A stretch of 64,000 nucleotides of DNA, taken from contig OZ361256.1 in NCBI GenBank assembly GCA_977018835.1, positions 6,634,001 to 6,698,000 on the forward strand, written 5' to 3'. Shown here in pieces: positions 46,020 to 56,535 of the stretch. A model generated the notes under the pieces. It was given only the letters and a program-made list of their open reading frames with translations, searched no databases and had not been told where the DNA came from. Within the stretch, counting starts at the first letter, position 1. Each line of letters begins with the position of its first letter. Source of the DNA: Minutocellus sp. GHC0000111 (Eukaryota). The position numbers and the translations under genes are program-made.

Positions 46020-47420
46020 CTACTTGCACTCTGAAGGACAATTACCCCTCGCATTGCGATTCTTCGTACAAATTCTTTCCCGATCGGATCGAACACTTAA
46101 CCAATCGCACGTTTTTTTGGTTTTCTTTCTGTGCAGATACTTATTTTGACCCTCGGCAAGTCGTCCTACCTGGGACAAAGAACAGGTCTTTGGACAAGAT
46201 GCTCGAGCTGACGGCTCCTTCACTCGAGTTCTGCAAATGATGGCAATGGCTTCGTCCGGATTCTGTCCTAGCCATTCGCATGTCTTCATCTTTTCCCGTT
46301 TGTAGGTAAATTCTTTAGGCGGCTGCATCGGCGGTGGTGGTGGCGGCATAGATGAGCAGGCGTCGTCTTTGCATATTGTTTGTCCTTGCGAGTTGGCACA
46401 CAGACAACTGCTACACCCGTCATCCCCGGTGAAGGTCTCGCTGATACAGTACGATGATGTAGAGGTGATGCATGGAGCGATGTAATTATCTCCACTTGCA
46501 TCAAAGCAAAGCTTCCCAAACACAAAGCTTGGTTTGCCGGACGGATCGCTGTCAGTTGGGGGGTCGTTCTGATTTTCTGGCTCGTTACTGCTTGGTGGCG
46601 GCGCAGGGCACGGATCAAACTCACAATTCTTGGCAGCGTTGCGTCGTACTTTGGCGCCACCAGGACAAGTCTTCACATCTTTCTTGCAGGGCGATATCAG
46701 CTCGCACTTTCGATTCTTGCAGACGGCTCTTTGCCCCTGACAGCTATTGCCGTCACATCGACCGTTGACACAGGTTGAACCGGCAATGACGCCCTGTCCC
46801 AAACATTCGTCATAGCTGCTCGCAATTTCCCACAACGCCGATCGAGCCTCACAGCCGCAGAGTGGATGCAAATCAGGCTGAGCACTCCGAGTACGAACGA
46901 CAGTAGTACAGTCATCGTCAGTATAGCATTCAACCTTGCAATCTCCAGCATTCTTGGCACCACAGGTAACGGACCCATCTGCATTGCAAGTACAAGTGTT
47001 GGTCATGCAAGAAGTATCGTAAAACAAATCTCCCGCACAGTAAAAGTTACCATCGTGGGCGCAGACTTTCTTGTTCTGCGCAGCACAGTTGCGTGTACAC
47101 TCGTTTTTGGTACAGGGATCAACTTCGCCGGGCCTACAACGACATACATTGGGTAGACAATTTGGGTCAGGATACGACTGGAAACGGCAGTAACCGACGC
47201 CCTCTACAATGCAGTCGTTGCACCCAACACCTTGAAGAGATCTCTCACAGACAAATGAGGGCAGCGATGGCGATTCGATGGCATCGGCGTAAGCCATCGA
47301 TGCCAATGCTGCTGCTAAGACAGCGACAATAGTTGAAGGAAGCGATGGTGATTCGATGGCATCGGCGTAAGCTATCGATGCCAATGCTGCTGAGGCAGCG
47401 ACAATAGTTAAAATTTTCAT
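46020..47420 (-). CDS. Secreted Cys-rich protein with two C-terminal KTC(E/D)WL modules and a duplicated signal-peptide segment
   Basis: Intact 466-aa ORF; IVA..AALAS.AYADAIESPSLPS occurs twice; Cys-rich; Pro-rich linkers. Confidence 0.85.
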   Translation of the reverse strand: MKILTIVAASAALASIAYADAIESPSLPSTIVAVLAAALASMAYADAIESPSLPSFVCERSLQGVGCNDCIVEGVGYCRFQSYPDPNCLPNVCRCRPGEVDPCTKNECTRNCAAQNKKVCAHDGNFYCAGDLFYDTSCMTNTCTCNADGSVTCGAKNAGDCKVECYTDDDCTTVVRTRSAQPDLHPLCGCEARSALWEIASSYDECLGQGVIAGSTCVNGRCDGNSCQGQRAVCKNRKCELISPCKKDVKTCPGGAKVRRNAAKNCEFDPCPAPPPSSNEPENQNDPPTDSDPSGKPSFVFGKLCFDASGDNYIAPCITSTSSYCISETFTGDDGCSSCLCANSQGQTICKDDACSSMPPPPPPMQPPKEFTYKREKMKTCEWLGQNPDEAIAIICRTRVKEPSARASCPKTCSLSQVGRLAEGQNKYLHRKKTKKTCDWLSVRSDRERICTKNRNARGNCPSECK

Positions 47421-48830
47421 TGGACCGTTGAATTCTCGCAGAGTCGATTTCTAGATTTCGCTCGATTTTGCTGCCGCCTAATTGATTCACTAGAAAGAGG
47501 TGAAACCAAATCGATGAGACCCTGAAGGAACGACGTTAGGAATATCCAAAGGCGCAGTTATCTTGCTACTGGTGGTATCCCTGCTTCCAGCGCCAGTCAG
47601 TGCTTGGTCTCTATGACATGTGTGGCCGTTGGAAGCAGAGGAGCTGAAATGATTGTGTGCCAGTTCGTTACATCGCCGAAGCAACTTCGCCGAAATACAC
47701 TCTCGAATTTTAGAAAATAATCAAAAGTCCGACTTTAATATACTAAAGATGTGCCCAGTGGATCACCACCATGGTATGCAGCCACCATACCCACCTCTGA
47801 ATCTCTTCTCTATACGTGCGTTATGGCTGTCGAGTCGTCATTCCCAGCCCCAAACTCCTGAAGCTCACAAAAATTGACTTTCGGCGCATGTAATCGATCA
47901 ACCTCGCCCTCCACCACGGCTACAATTGCACAGAAATGTAACGACGGTGTCGAGTAAAAAGGAGTTAGACTCCTATTGACTGCAGCAAATGCCGGCCTGG
48001 TGTAATCATGGAGCGGCGGTGCGGCAGTGTTGTTGAGTTCGGACGCGCAGCAGTCGCAAAACGCCGATGCCCTCCCAAAAATCAACAATCAGATTTCATC
48101 TCATAACCGGTCCTCGGCATCGATATGACCTTGTTGCTCGGAAAAATTCTATTAGAGTGTCTATACAACTTTTGATATTTCGCTACCATACCTCTACTGG
48201 AGCGATCGACGTGCTTCTTCTGCGGTTTGGGTGTCAGCAAGTGGATCATTTCGTTGGGGCTTTGTGGATTTGCACTTAATTTTCCGGTGTTGGGACAGGC
48301 GCCAAAATCAGATGAGGTGGGATAGATCTTGAAATTCAACAGTGAGGCGCAGATTCTCGTTCAATCCTGCCAAGGTATGTACTAAAGTATGGAAGTGCAT
48401 GTGTTGATTGTCAAGTTTATGTTGGTAACCCATTGCATTCTCACACAATGAGAAGTAAAACCAGAACTTCCAGATTCTCTTCAACTTCTCCACCGCGACA
48501 CCACTTTCTCAATAGGTATGCCTATCTACGCCAAAGTGACGATAGCGAGGCTTCCACTCGGACGGTATGTACTCACTCTGAGGTTCGATAGCATTTTCCG
48601 GCAATTGGGTTGATAGTTCGGCCAAACTCTCTCATGTTATCATTTTTTGAGGGTGACTTTTATTGTGCTGGGAGGTCAAAAATACCAACATGACGATTGT
48701 TTGGGTCCATGCGCGTCCATTCACCACATCAGTACCTTATTCCCGCCCGGATATAGTATGAGGCGGCTCATTGATGGAAAGTTTCGCGGGATTACTTCAA
48801 AGATTGGTGGTTTTGTGAGCATCGCAATGT

Positions 48831-51190
48831 TTCGTGGAGGTCAACGCCAGATTTCGCGGGGGGCTGATTCGAAATACCAATGTTGATACTGAACAACAAT
48901 CAACTACAACTACTCAATGGAAAGGGCATCAAATGACGGTCCTTGGTATACCTGAGCGCCATCTATGCTCATGGAATGTCCTTTGTACCGGTGTGGAAAG
49001 TAATGGAGGTAAATCGACGTGAAAATTCGACGTTTTTTTTCGCAAAACTCGGTGGTCGTCGACCTCCACGAAGAGTCAGGGCTTATAACTCAACATATAA
49101 TTCCGAACTCAATAACACTCCCATAGCGCCCCACCAGAATATATATCAAGTGCGTTTCTATGGGTGATAGCTGTAGCAAAATAGCTTACTTTGGTGTTCA
49201 TGGTCGTTATTACATGTTGGTGGGAAATGTAACGCTGGATTGTCCAGGGCCGTCGCCCAAAACACCATTATTTCGACTACAAGATGAGATATAACAATCA
49301 CTGCATTTAGAGGGAATCAAACGGCACCCCTTCCTATTTTTGAGCGACATGAATGATCGCGAGACGCTTTTGATGGTCAGCAAGGGAGTTCTTTGGTTGA
49401 ATCAGTTCTATTTTCGGCGAAATTTTCTCAAATCCTCGGTAACCGCCGACCTCCACGAAAGATCGGGGTGTACAAGTCAAGTAGCAATCATAAACCCAGA
49501 ACCACGACCGTTTCATTTTCTTTCTATTTGAGTGTAGTTGAGTTCTATTGATAGTGGCTGTAATGAAGTTGTCTGCTTGGCTACTAAAACGCGCCACTAA
49601 TGTCTCATGGAGAATGGCGCTGGAAACTGCTGAATGTTCACCCAGATTACCGATTCAAATGATTGTACTGAAGAACAAAGAATTGCAACTACTTAATGGC
49701 AAGCTTATCGAACAACGGGCTTTTATATACCTGATTGGTTGCCATGCTCGTCAGAGGTCTTTGGTTTGGAGGTGGGAAGAAATGGAGGAGCAATGCTGTG
49801 AAAATCGGGATAAATTGCGTCGGTTCTCGGTGGACGTCGACCTCCACGAAGAATCAAGGCTCATAGTGCGATAGCAAATCACAAAGTCCGCACCACTGTC
49901 ATGCAGGCCCACGCCACTATGCATAAGGATGGCTCCTACCGGTAGTAGCTTCCATGAAATGTCTTTCTTGTCTACTTATGGTCATTTATCGCTACCGGAG
50001 GTCACGGTCGGAGCTCGAAAGTCCAAGGGCGCTCGCCGAGAGCTCCAACATCGGTACTAAACGACGAAGAAGCCCAAAAAGTGCATGCCAAGGCATTCAG
50101 ACTCATTTGCTAGATATACTTGAGCGTTTGTGTGGTCTTGATATGTCTTTGGTGGCGGGGACAGAAGATAGTAGAAGTAAATGGTTGAAAAATCTCACCA
50201 TTTTCTCAGAGTCTCATCTGCCACCAACCTCCATGAAGGACCGAGGGCCACAACGAAAGAAATAATTACTGACTCAATAAAGTGAGCACAGAGTAGCAAA
50301 CTATGGCATATAAAGGCCGCTCTGAACGATAGTAGCTATAGTAAAATGATTTACTTGGTCACTTGTAGTAGTTTATCGTGCTCGAAGTCCAATGCTTGAT
50401 GCAAGAAAGCGAGAGCGATCACTGGGATCATCAAAACGGATTCTCACTGACAAAGACACACAATTACTGCATCTGCAGTTTACCAACACCCTTGCGCCAG
50501 TATGAGTGAGTAATTCATGGGGTTGGGGCATCTCCAGGCATGGAGTCGGAAGTACTAGAGGAAAATGGTGATGAAAACTCCACCATTTATTTTATCGGCA
50601 GACCTTGTCGCAAGCCACCGACCTCCACGAAACACCGAGGGATCTAACGCAACAAATGGCCAAAAACTCAACAACACAACCATGAACAGCGTTCCACCGG
50701 TGTCCCTTGGTAACCTCATTGGAAGTTTCTGTAGTAAAGTGACTTAATTGGCTATTTCTTCAGACACTAATGTGCTTACTATACCATGAAGGTAAGCTCT
50801 TACTGAATTTTGCACCCAGATACCGGTAAGATTACTGGCGCTGAGTGACAAGGAAGTCGAACTACACCACGAAAAATTAGCCACAATAAAACATTTATCT
50901 AGTCGAGTTATTGGTATGCACGAGATGCCTTCCATGCCGATCAGGTAGATTTTGGAATCAGTTTACCAAGAAAATCAAGCTATTTCTTGACAATTCTCTG
51001 CGGTCGTCAACCTCCACGAAGGGTCAAGAGCCAGAACTCAATAAATAACCAGTAACTCTGCATAGTGAGCGCACCATCTCTTCACAATATACATATGCTT
51101 AAGTTCTATTGACTGTTAGTAACTACGGTAAAGGGGGCTTTGTCCCGCTACATACTATCATTACTGATATCAGGTCGTGTGGAGGTCGTC
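48831..51190. repeat. Highly diverged tandem array of about six ~390-bp units with conserved core C(G/A)ACCTCCA(C/T)GAA
   Basis: Core starts at 49060, 49447, 49838, 50225, 50619, 51008 (spacings 387, 391, 387, 394, 389), with residual similarity between units. Confidence 0.88.
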
Positions 51191-51573
51191 GCCGGATGTT
51201 CGAGATCGCCAATGCTGGCTATAACTTAAAAATGAATCAAAACCACCGAGCCACGATCACATCAAAGGACTTCACAGCATAGTTAGAGTCTTTTGTGCGC
51301 GTGCAATGCGCCCATCGTAACGGCATGGAGGTAGGTGCAGGGGGCAGACCGCGGTCTGAAAATCTTGCAATTTAATTTCTCAGGCCACCAAAATCTCGAC
51401 ACGAAATCTCATCAGCAATGCCGATTTTGCTGCACACGCTAGACAGAATCAGCACCGATGTTTTCAAATGCACGTAATTACAAATTGAAAGTTATGGAAA
51501 GGCTTGTAGTAGCGACCGCATGAGGGTAACCCATTTCACCAGACCCAATATCGTTTATGCGTGAAGAAGGGAC

Positions 51574-52927
51574 CTAGCAGACCGACGCGCAATTCCCTCT
51601 GGCATTCTTATTCTTGCTGCAGATCGTTGCCGTATCACTTCGCCTCTGCAACCAATCGCACGTCCTCTTGGTCTTCTTTCGATGCAAGTATTTGTTTTGA
51701 GCCTCGGCACTCCGGCTGAGCTGAGACAAGTTGCAGGTTCGTGGACACATTGCTCGCGCCGAAGGTGCCTTCGTCCGGGTCCGACAAATGGCCGCAATGG
51801 ACTCTACCGGCAGCTGACCGAGCCATTCGCAGGTTTTGAACTTCTCCTTCTTGTAAGTGAATTCCGGTGGTCTTGGCGCAGGGGCCACCGCCGGCGCTGG
51901 TTTCGGGGCGTTGGGATTGCCAATGATGGTCACCTGCGGCGGTCGGACCGAGATGATGCCCGGCGACGGACCCGGCGCCTGACCCCCATTGAACAGCGCC
52001 GAGTAGTCATACGCGCACGAGCCGCTGCCAAAGTTGGCAGGCCACCGTGGCTTGCTCGAGCCGAATCCCCAGGTCTCCACCTCGCGATTCCAGAATTTGG
52101 GATCGGTCCGAAAATTGTGCGTGCCGCCGTCCTTGTCGCGGATGATCCCACTGAGACAATCGCCCTTGATGAGGGAGAGGCATTTGCCTCCGCATGCCGG
52201 TCGGCCATACTTTGGACAGTAGTAGGCCATCTGAATTGGCATTGCACTGCAAGATTTTGGATAAACAGACAATTGGATCAATTGTGAGTATGAGTGGGGT
52301 CGAGTTAGATCGAGTCGTAGGAACGAACAAAAAAAAAGGAAAATTCATGGAAAATGGGTCATCGAAAATCGGAATATCGACATGCTGTGGTTGACGACGA
52401 AAGACTTACGCTCGAAGACAGGGGTCCATGTTGGAGCACGTGCCAAAGTTTCTTCCCCAGAAGATAATCTTTTGGTTGTCGGCTCCTCCTCGGTCTAAAG
52501 TGTTGGGTCGGGTGGTTCGAATTGGAGGGAGAAAAAATGTGAGTTGCGGTGCGGGCCTATGAAATATGCCGAAAAAGAGCACTTATGTCCCATTTACTTC
52601 CAGCCAAACTGCAGCCCGATACTTACCACACCCCATCATGTTGAGCTTCCTTTCGAACTGTATCTCCGCCGGTAGATCCTCCGGCTCAATCCACGTCATT
52701 CCCAGGTCCACCACATCCTCGTTCGCATTGTGCTCGTCGTCAGCAGCATGTCCTTCGTCGTCATGATGATGTTCTGTGGCATGACTTGTGCCGTCTCCGG
52801 CCAATCGCAGACTCCCGTCGCTGCTATGAGCTTCTATTGATATTGCGCCGCATATTAACCCCAAAACTATTATCAAGGAGAGCAGATAGGAGAGACAGGG
52901 ACGTCCACCGAAGCCCGGGACCGTCAT
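51574..52927 (-). CDS. Three-exon secreted protein (introns 52495-52626, 52247-52409) sharing the C-terminal KTC(E/D)WL modules with 46020-47420
   Basis: GT-AG introns join the exons in frame; hydrophobic leader; His/Asp-rich stretch; shared C-terminal ~95 aa. Confidence 0.8.
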
Positions 52928-53277
52928 GGTTGGGTGGAGAAGGCGAAGAAGTGGCGGCAAGCAAGGCAAGTGACTTCCGAAACGGCAAAATTCAGCGCGC
53001 CTGCCATCGGATTTGCCGCGATGAGCGAGGCCGATGCGACTTTTTTGCCGCAACGGATGTAATGACACACTATGACATCATAGAAATGCCATCACTTTGC
53101 CTGCTCTGCCCGTCGTCCGTCTCATCAGCGCTCAGCGCACAAGAAGTCAAGTCGTGCCTTCGCCAAAATTGCTGGCCCCTCTCGCCGATCGATGCCTCAT
53201 TCCAAAGTGAATTCCTCGAACTGAAAGTTGGTTACGCCAACAAATCAAGGCCCAAAGTCTCCCCAAGTGCACCAACC

Positions 53278-54339
53278 ATGAAGCTCTCCAAGACCGCCAT
53301 ATCCCTCGCCTTCGCATCGCTCGCCGTCAGCGTGCCGATGGTCGACGCCGGCCAACGCAGCCTCAAAAGTAGCAAGAAGAACAGTGGCGGGAGCAAGAGC
53401 AAAAAGAAGACAGGCGGCAGCGATGGCGGAGATGGGGGCAACCGCGTCCCCACGTGCAACGAATGTACCAATATCGCAACTCCCAACATGCAGACCAACG
53501 AGCAAACTTGTACCGACCTCACCTATGTCTTCGATCGGTGCAAGGACAAGACAAAGTACTGGGACGACAATAAATTCTGTCAATTCTCGTGCTACAAGGT
53601 TGGTCAGGGATATGACGGGGATGTATGCTGCGACAAGGTCTGGACTCCCAAGCCGACGAAAGCTCCCACGAAGTCCCCCACCAAAGCTCCCACCAAGGCG
53701 CCTACCAAGTCCCCCACTAAAGCTCCTACCGACCCAGTCGATCCCGATTCCTGCGTTGGCTGTACCAACAAGGCTTCGCCAGAGATGATATCGAATTTCC
53801 ACACCTGCAAGACCTGGCCGATGACCGAAGATTACTGCTACGCCAAGCCCATCGATTGGCGTTACTATCGGTACTGCGCCCAGTCCTGTTCCGATCTTGG
53901 TTTGCCCTACGAGTACATGATGGGATCCAAGTGCTGCACCGACGGTGATGATATCAACCGCGCGGATGACGACTACCCCCAGCTGGCCTTTGGCGACGAC
54001 GACGAGCTGTTGGCCGATTGCCGCGGCGATTGCGACAGCTCAGATGACTGCGAATCCGGCCTTGTATGCTACCAGCGAAGCGGTTTCGATGCCATGCCCG
54101 GATGCAAAGGAGAACCCCATTATGATACCGATTATTGCTTGGATACGACCCGCAATTTCAACGAATTGGTCTTTCTGGGTCAAAAGGGACCCTTTGGACG
54201 TTGCTCTGACGATTGTGACAGCGATTCCGACTGCGTGGGTGCCTTACGCTGCTTCCAAAGGGACGGAGAAGTGAACAATGTCCCTGGCTGTCCCGGTCGG
54301 GCAGTGGACAATGTGGATTACTGCTATGAGGCTTCATAA
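53278..54339 (+). CDS. Frustulin-like secreted cell-wall protein (PT repeats plus two acidic cysteine-rich domains)
   Basis: Signal peptide MKLSKTAISLAFASLAV; PTKA/PTKS repeats; CRGDCDSSDDCESGLVCYQR...PGC...DYC and a second similar domain. Confidence 0.85.
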   Translation: MKLSKTAISLAFASLAVSVPMVDAGQRSLKSSKKNSGGSKSKKKTGGSDGGDGGNRVPTCNECTNIATPNMQTNEQTCTDLTYVFDRCKDKTKYWDDNKFCQFSCYKVGQGYDGDVCCDKVWTPKPTKAPTKSPTKAPTKAPTKSPTKAPTDPVDPDSCVGCTNKASPEMISNFHTCKTWPMTEDYCYAKPIDWRYYRYCAQSCSDLGLPYEYMMGSKCCTDGDDINRADDDYPQLAFGDDDELLADCRGDCDSSDDCESGLVCYQRSGFDAMPGCKGEPHYDTDYCLDTTRNFNELVFLGQKGPFGRCSDDCDSDSDCVGALRCFQRDGEVNNVPGCPGRAVDNVDYCYEAS

Positions 54340-54455
54340 ATGACCACGACCTTGATCATTTTTAGAGCCGGGGCAAATTACCTCTAATTATACACCTACC
54401 AGATCTACTACGTACATGTAGCTAGCCATCAGGGGCACTAAAACTTTAGCTACTT

Positions 54456-55805
54456 CTAAAAGCAAAAGAGATTGTAAAATGTGCTGAACGGAGGAACCCT
54501 AATTATTTTACACCTCCGCCCTCGTGGCATCAGACGCTCCGTTATTTCTTCTCCGTTTTGAATCATCTCCAGCCGATTGATTCTCGATCCAGTCACATGA
54601 TACCTTCTCCCGTACAGACGAGTGTCAATATCGACTGCCTTTTGAATCAGTTCGATTCCTTCATTTCTTTCTCCTGTGGCCGCTTTCAGGCATCCACAAT
54701 CAAACAAATAGTTGGACAGAGCGAGCCCTTCATGGTCATCATCATGTTCCTGCATGAGAGATAAGGCCTCTTCGGCATATGCCAACGCCTGGTGCAGTTT
54801 CCCATCGTCCCAAGCAATTGAGCAGAATCTTTCAAGGATTTCACATTTACGACAGACATAGCAACTAATATCATGCGCACGCATCTTTTCATTAAGATGC
54901 TGTGCCTGGTTGAGCACTGCAGTAATGCACGCTCCATTCGAACCTCTGTCAATGTCTATGCTGACCAACTGAAGAAGAATATCGCATAGCTCATCCTCGA
55001 GCAGAGCGATGCGGTTGTTGCTGTTGTTGCTTCCTCCTCTAATCGCCATCCGTCCTAGTCTCTCATAAATAGTTGCTGTCCTCTTATTCAAAATTTCGCA
55101 TGCTTTATCCAACTCTTTATTCGCTCTCAATGCTTTGGATAGATTCCTGATGGAAAGCGAGTGCCAGTGTGGATGCTCATCTTCGCAATCTTTGAATCTC
55201 TCATAACATGCTTTCGCAAGAGCAAGAAACTGAGGGCCACCGACGGAAAATGGTTGTTTGCAAGTGCCGCACGAAGTAAAAAGATCATAGTCTAGTTGTC
55301 CCCTTCTGATGATTGTCTCAACTTTAACCAAGGCAGACCGAGTTAGGCAGTCGATGTGTACAAACCCCCCATCTTCACCTCTGCAGCCACAGTTGCGAAC
55401 GATTAAATTTTCTGGTGACATGTCATTATCGTAGCAAATGATGCATTCGGGGGGAGGTTCATTGGAGCTTTTGATGTAATCACTTGTGTCTTCAGGGGCA
55501 TATATCAAACTTCCGACGTCTAGAAGTACCTGATACGGATTTGGCTCGTCGTAGCAACCTTCCACGTACCACAACTTAATAACAGTACCGGTGCACCATC
55601 CACATTCACCAAGGTTGCACTCAACTCGATCACCGACGCCAAAGCGCAGGCCTTCCTCAAATTCAGAGCAGTACCGTTGGTATGCATAATCCAAATCGTT
55701 GACACATTCTTTGCAACGTCGCTCGGACGGTCCCTTCTTCTTGAGCTGTCCCTTGGAGAACGCACTTCGAGGTAAATCTCGGTCACATTCCGCGCATATC
55801 GGCAT
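54456..55805 (-). CDS. Putative E3 ligase: N-terminal Stc1-like Zn finger, SH3-like module, RING-variant domain and TPR-like repeats
   Basis: CAEC...AFSKGQL...RCKEC; LRFGVGDRVEC...GTV...PYQVLLD; CIIC...CGCRG..GFVHIDCL...CGTC; helical repeats. Confidence 0.78.
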   Translation of the reverse strand: MPICAECDRDLPRSAFSKGQLKKKGPSERRCKECVNDLDYAYQRYCSEFEEGLRFGVGDRVECNLGECGWCTGTVIKLWYVEGCYDEPNPYQVLLDVGSLIYAPEDTSDYIKSSNEPPPECIICYDNDMSPENLIVRNCGCRGEDGGFVHIDCLTRSALVKVETIIRRGQLDYDLFTSCGTCKQPFSVGGPQFLALAKACYERFKDCEDEHPHWHSLSIRNLSKALRANKELDKACEILNKRTATIYERLGRMAIRGGSNNSNNRIALLEDELCDILLQLVSIDIDRGSNGACITAVLNQAQHLNEKMRAHDISCYVCRKCEILERFCSIAWDDGKLHQALAYAEEALSLMQEHDDDHEGLALSNYLFDCGCLKAATGERNEGIELIQKAVDIDTRLYGRRYHVTGSRINRLEMIQNGEEITERLMPRGRRCKIIRVPPFSTFYNLFCF

Positions 55806-56535
55806 GATGGAAATGCGCTCACACCAATACCCTGCAGTTACTAGTAGTTGAAGAATATGCAAATAGCAGAGGAGAAGAATTCTTCGTTGCCAGTCGACAT
55901 TCGTCATTCCATCCCCTTCACGTAGGTCATTGGTCTTAACGGTAACAACACACATAGAAAAAGAGTGATCGTACTTGTGACGCACTACTAGGCTAGTATC
56001 GACCCGAGGGGCTATTATGTGAGATTCGCCGAGGAAACGTGATGACGCAGATCATCGTCGTCGGGACATTTCAAGACCACCCGATGTTTTGAGCTTCCTT
56101 TTTTCACGTTTTGCGTGGTAAAAGCAAGGCAAGACCTCCATGCGCGCATGCGGCTGGATCGTTCGCTGTGGATCTTCAGAAAAACGTTGACACAAGACCA
56201 TCTCTTTTTCATCTCTTCACAATAGCCCCGCGTCGCGATTGGCCGGTACTGCGACATTTGGATCTCGGCCCGAGCATTTTGCGCCATTTTACTTATTCGA
56301 AGAACAGGCTCTACTTTGGCAGGCCCAACGACTGTGCGGCCACCCAGTCTTCCAGACGTCGCATGCGACATATCCCGTACTGGCCCTTTTCCGCATTGCC
56401 ATTTCTTGAACCATCACAGGGCCACAGCTCAGCAATCCTCCAGCACATATTCACACATCCAGATATCCCAGACGTCCAACCGCCAAGCATTCCCAAACGC
56501 ATCTGATCGATCAATCTAATCATCACCAGCAAAAC

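Noticed and set aside
48831..51190. CRISPR array or protein-coding repeat
   Set aside because: The core is only 13 bp, the ~375-bp spacers are homologous to each other, unit lengths do not keep frame, and no long ORF is present.
52786..53277. Upstream extension of the frustulin-like ORF
   Set aside because: It overlaps the divergent gene and promoter; the signal peptide begins at the ATG at 53278.
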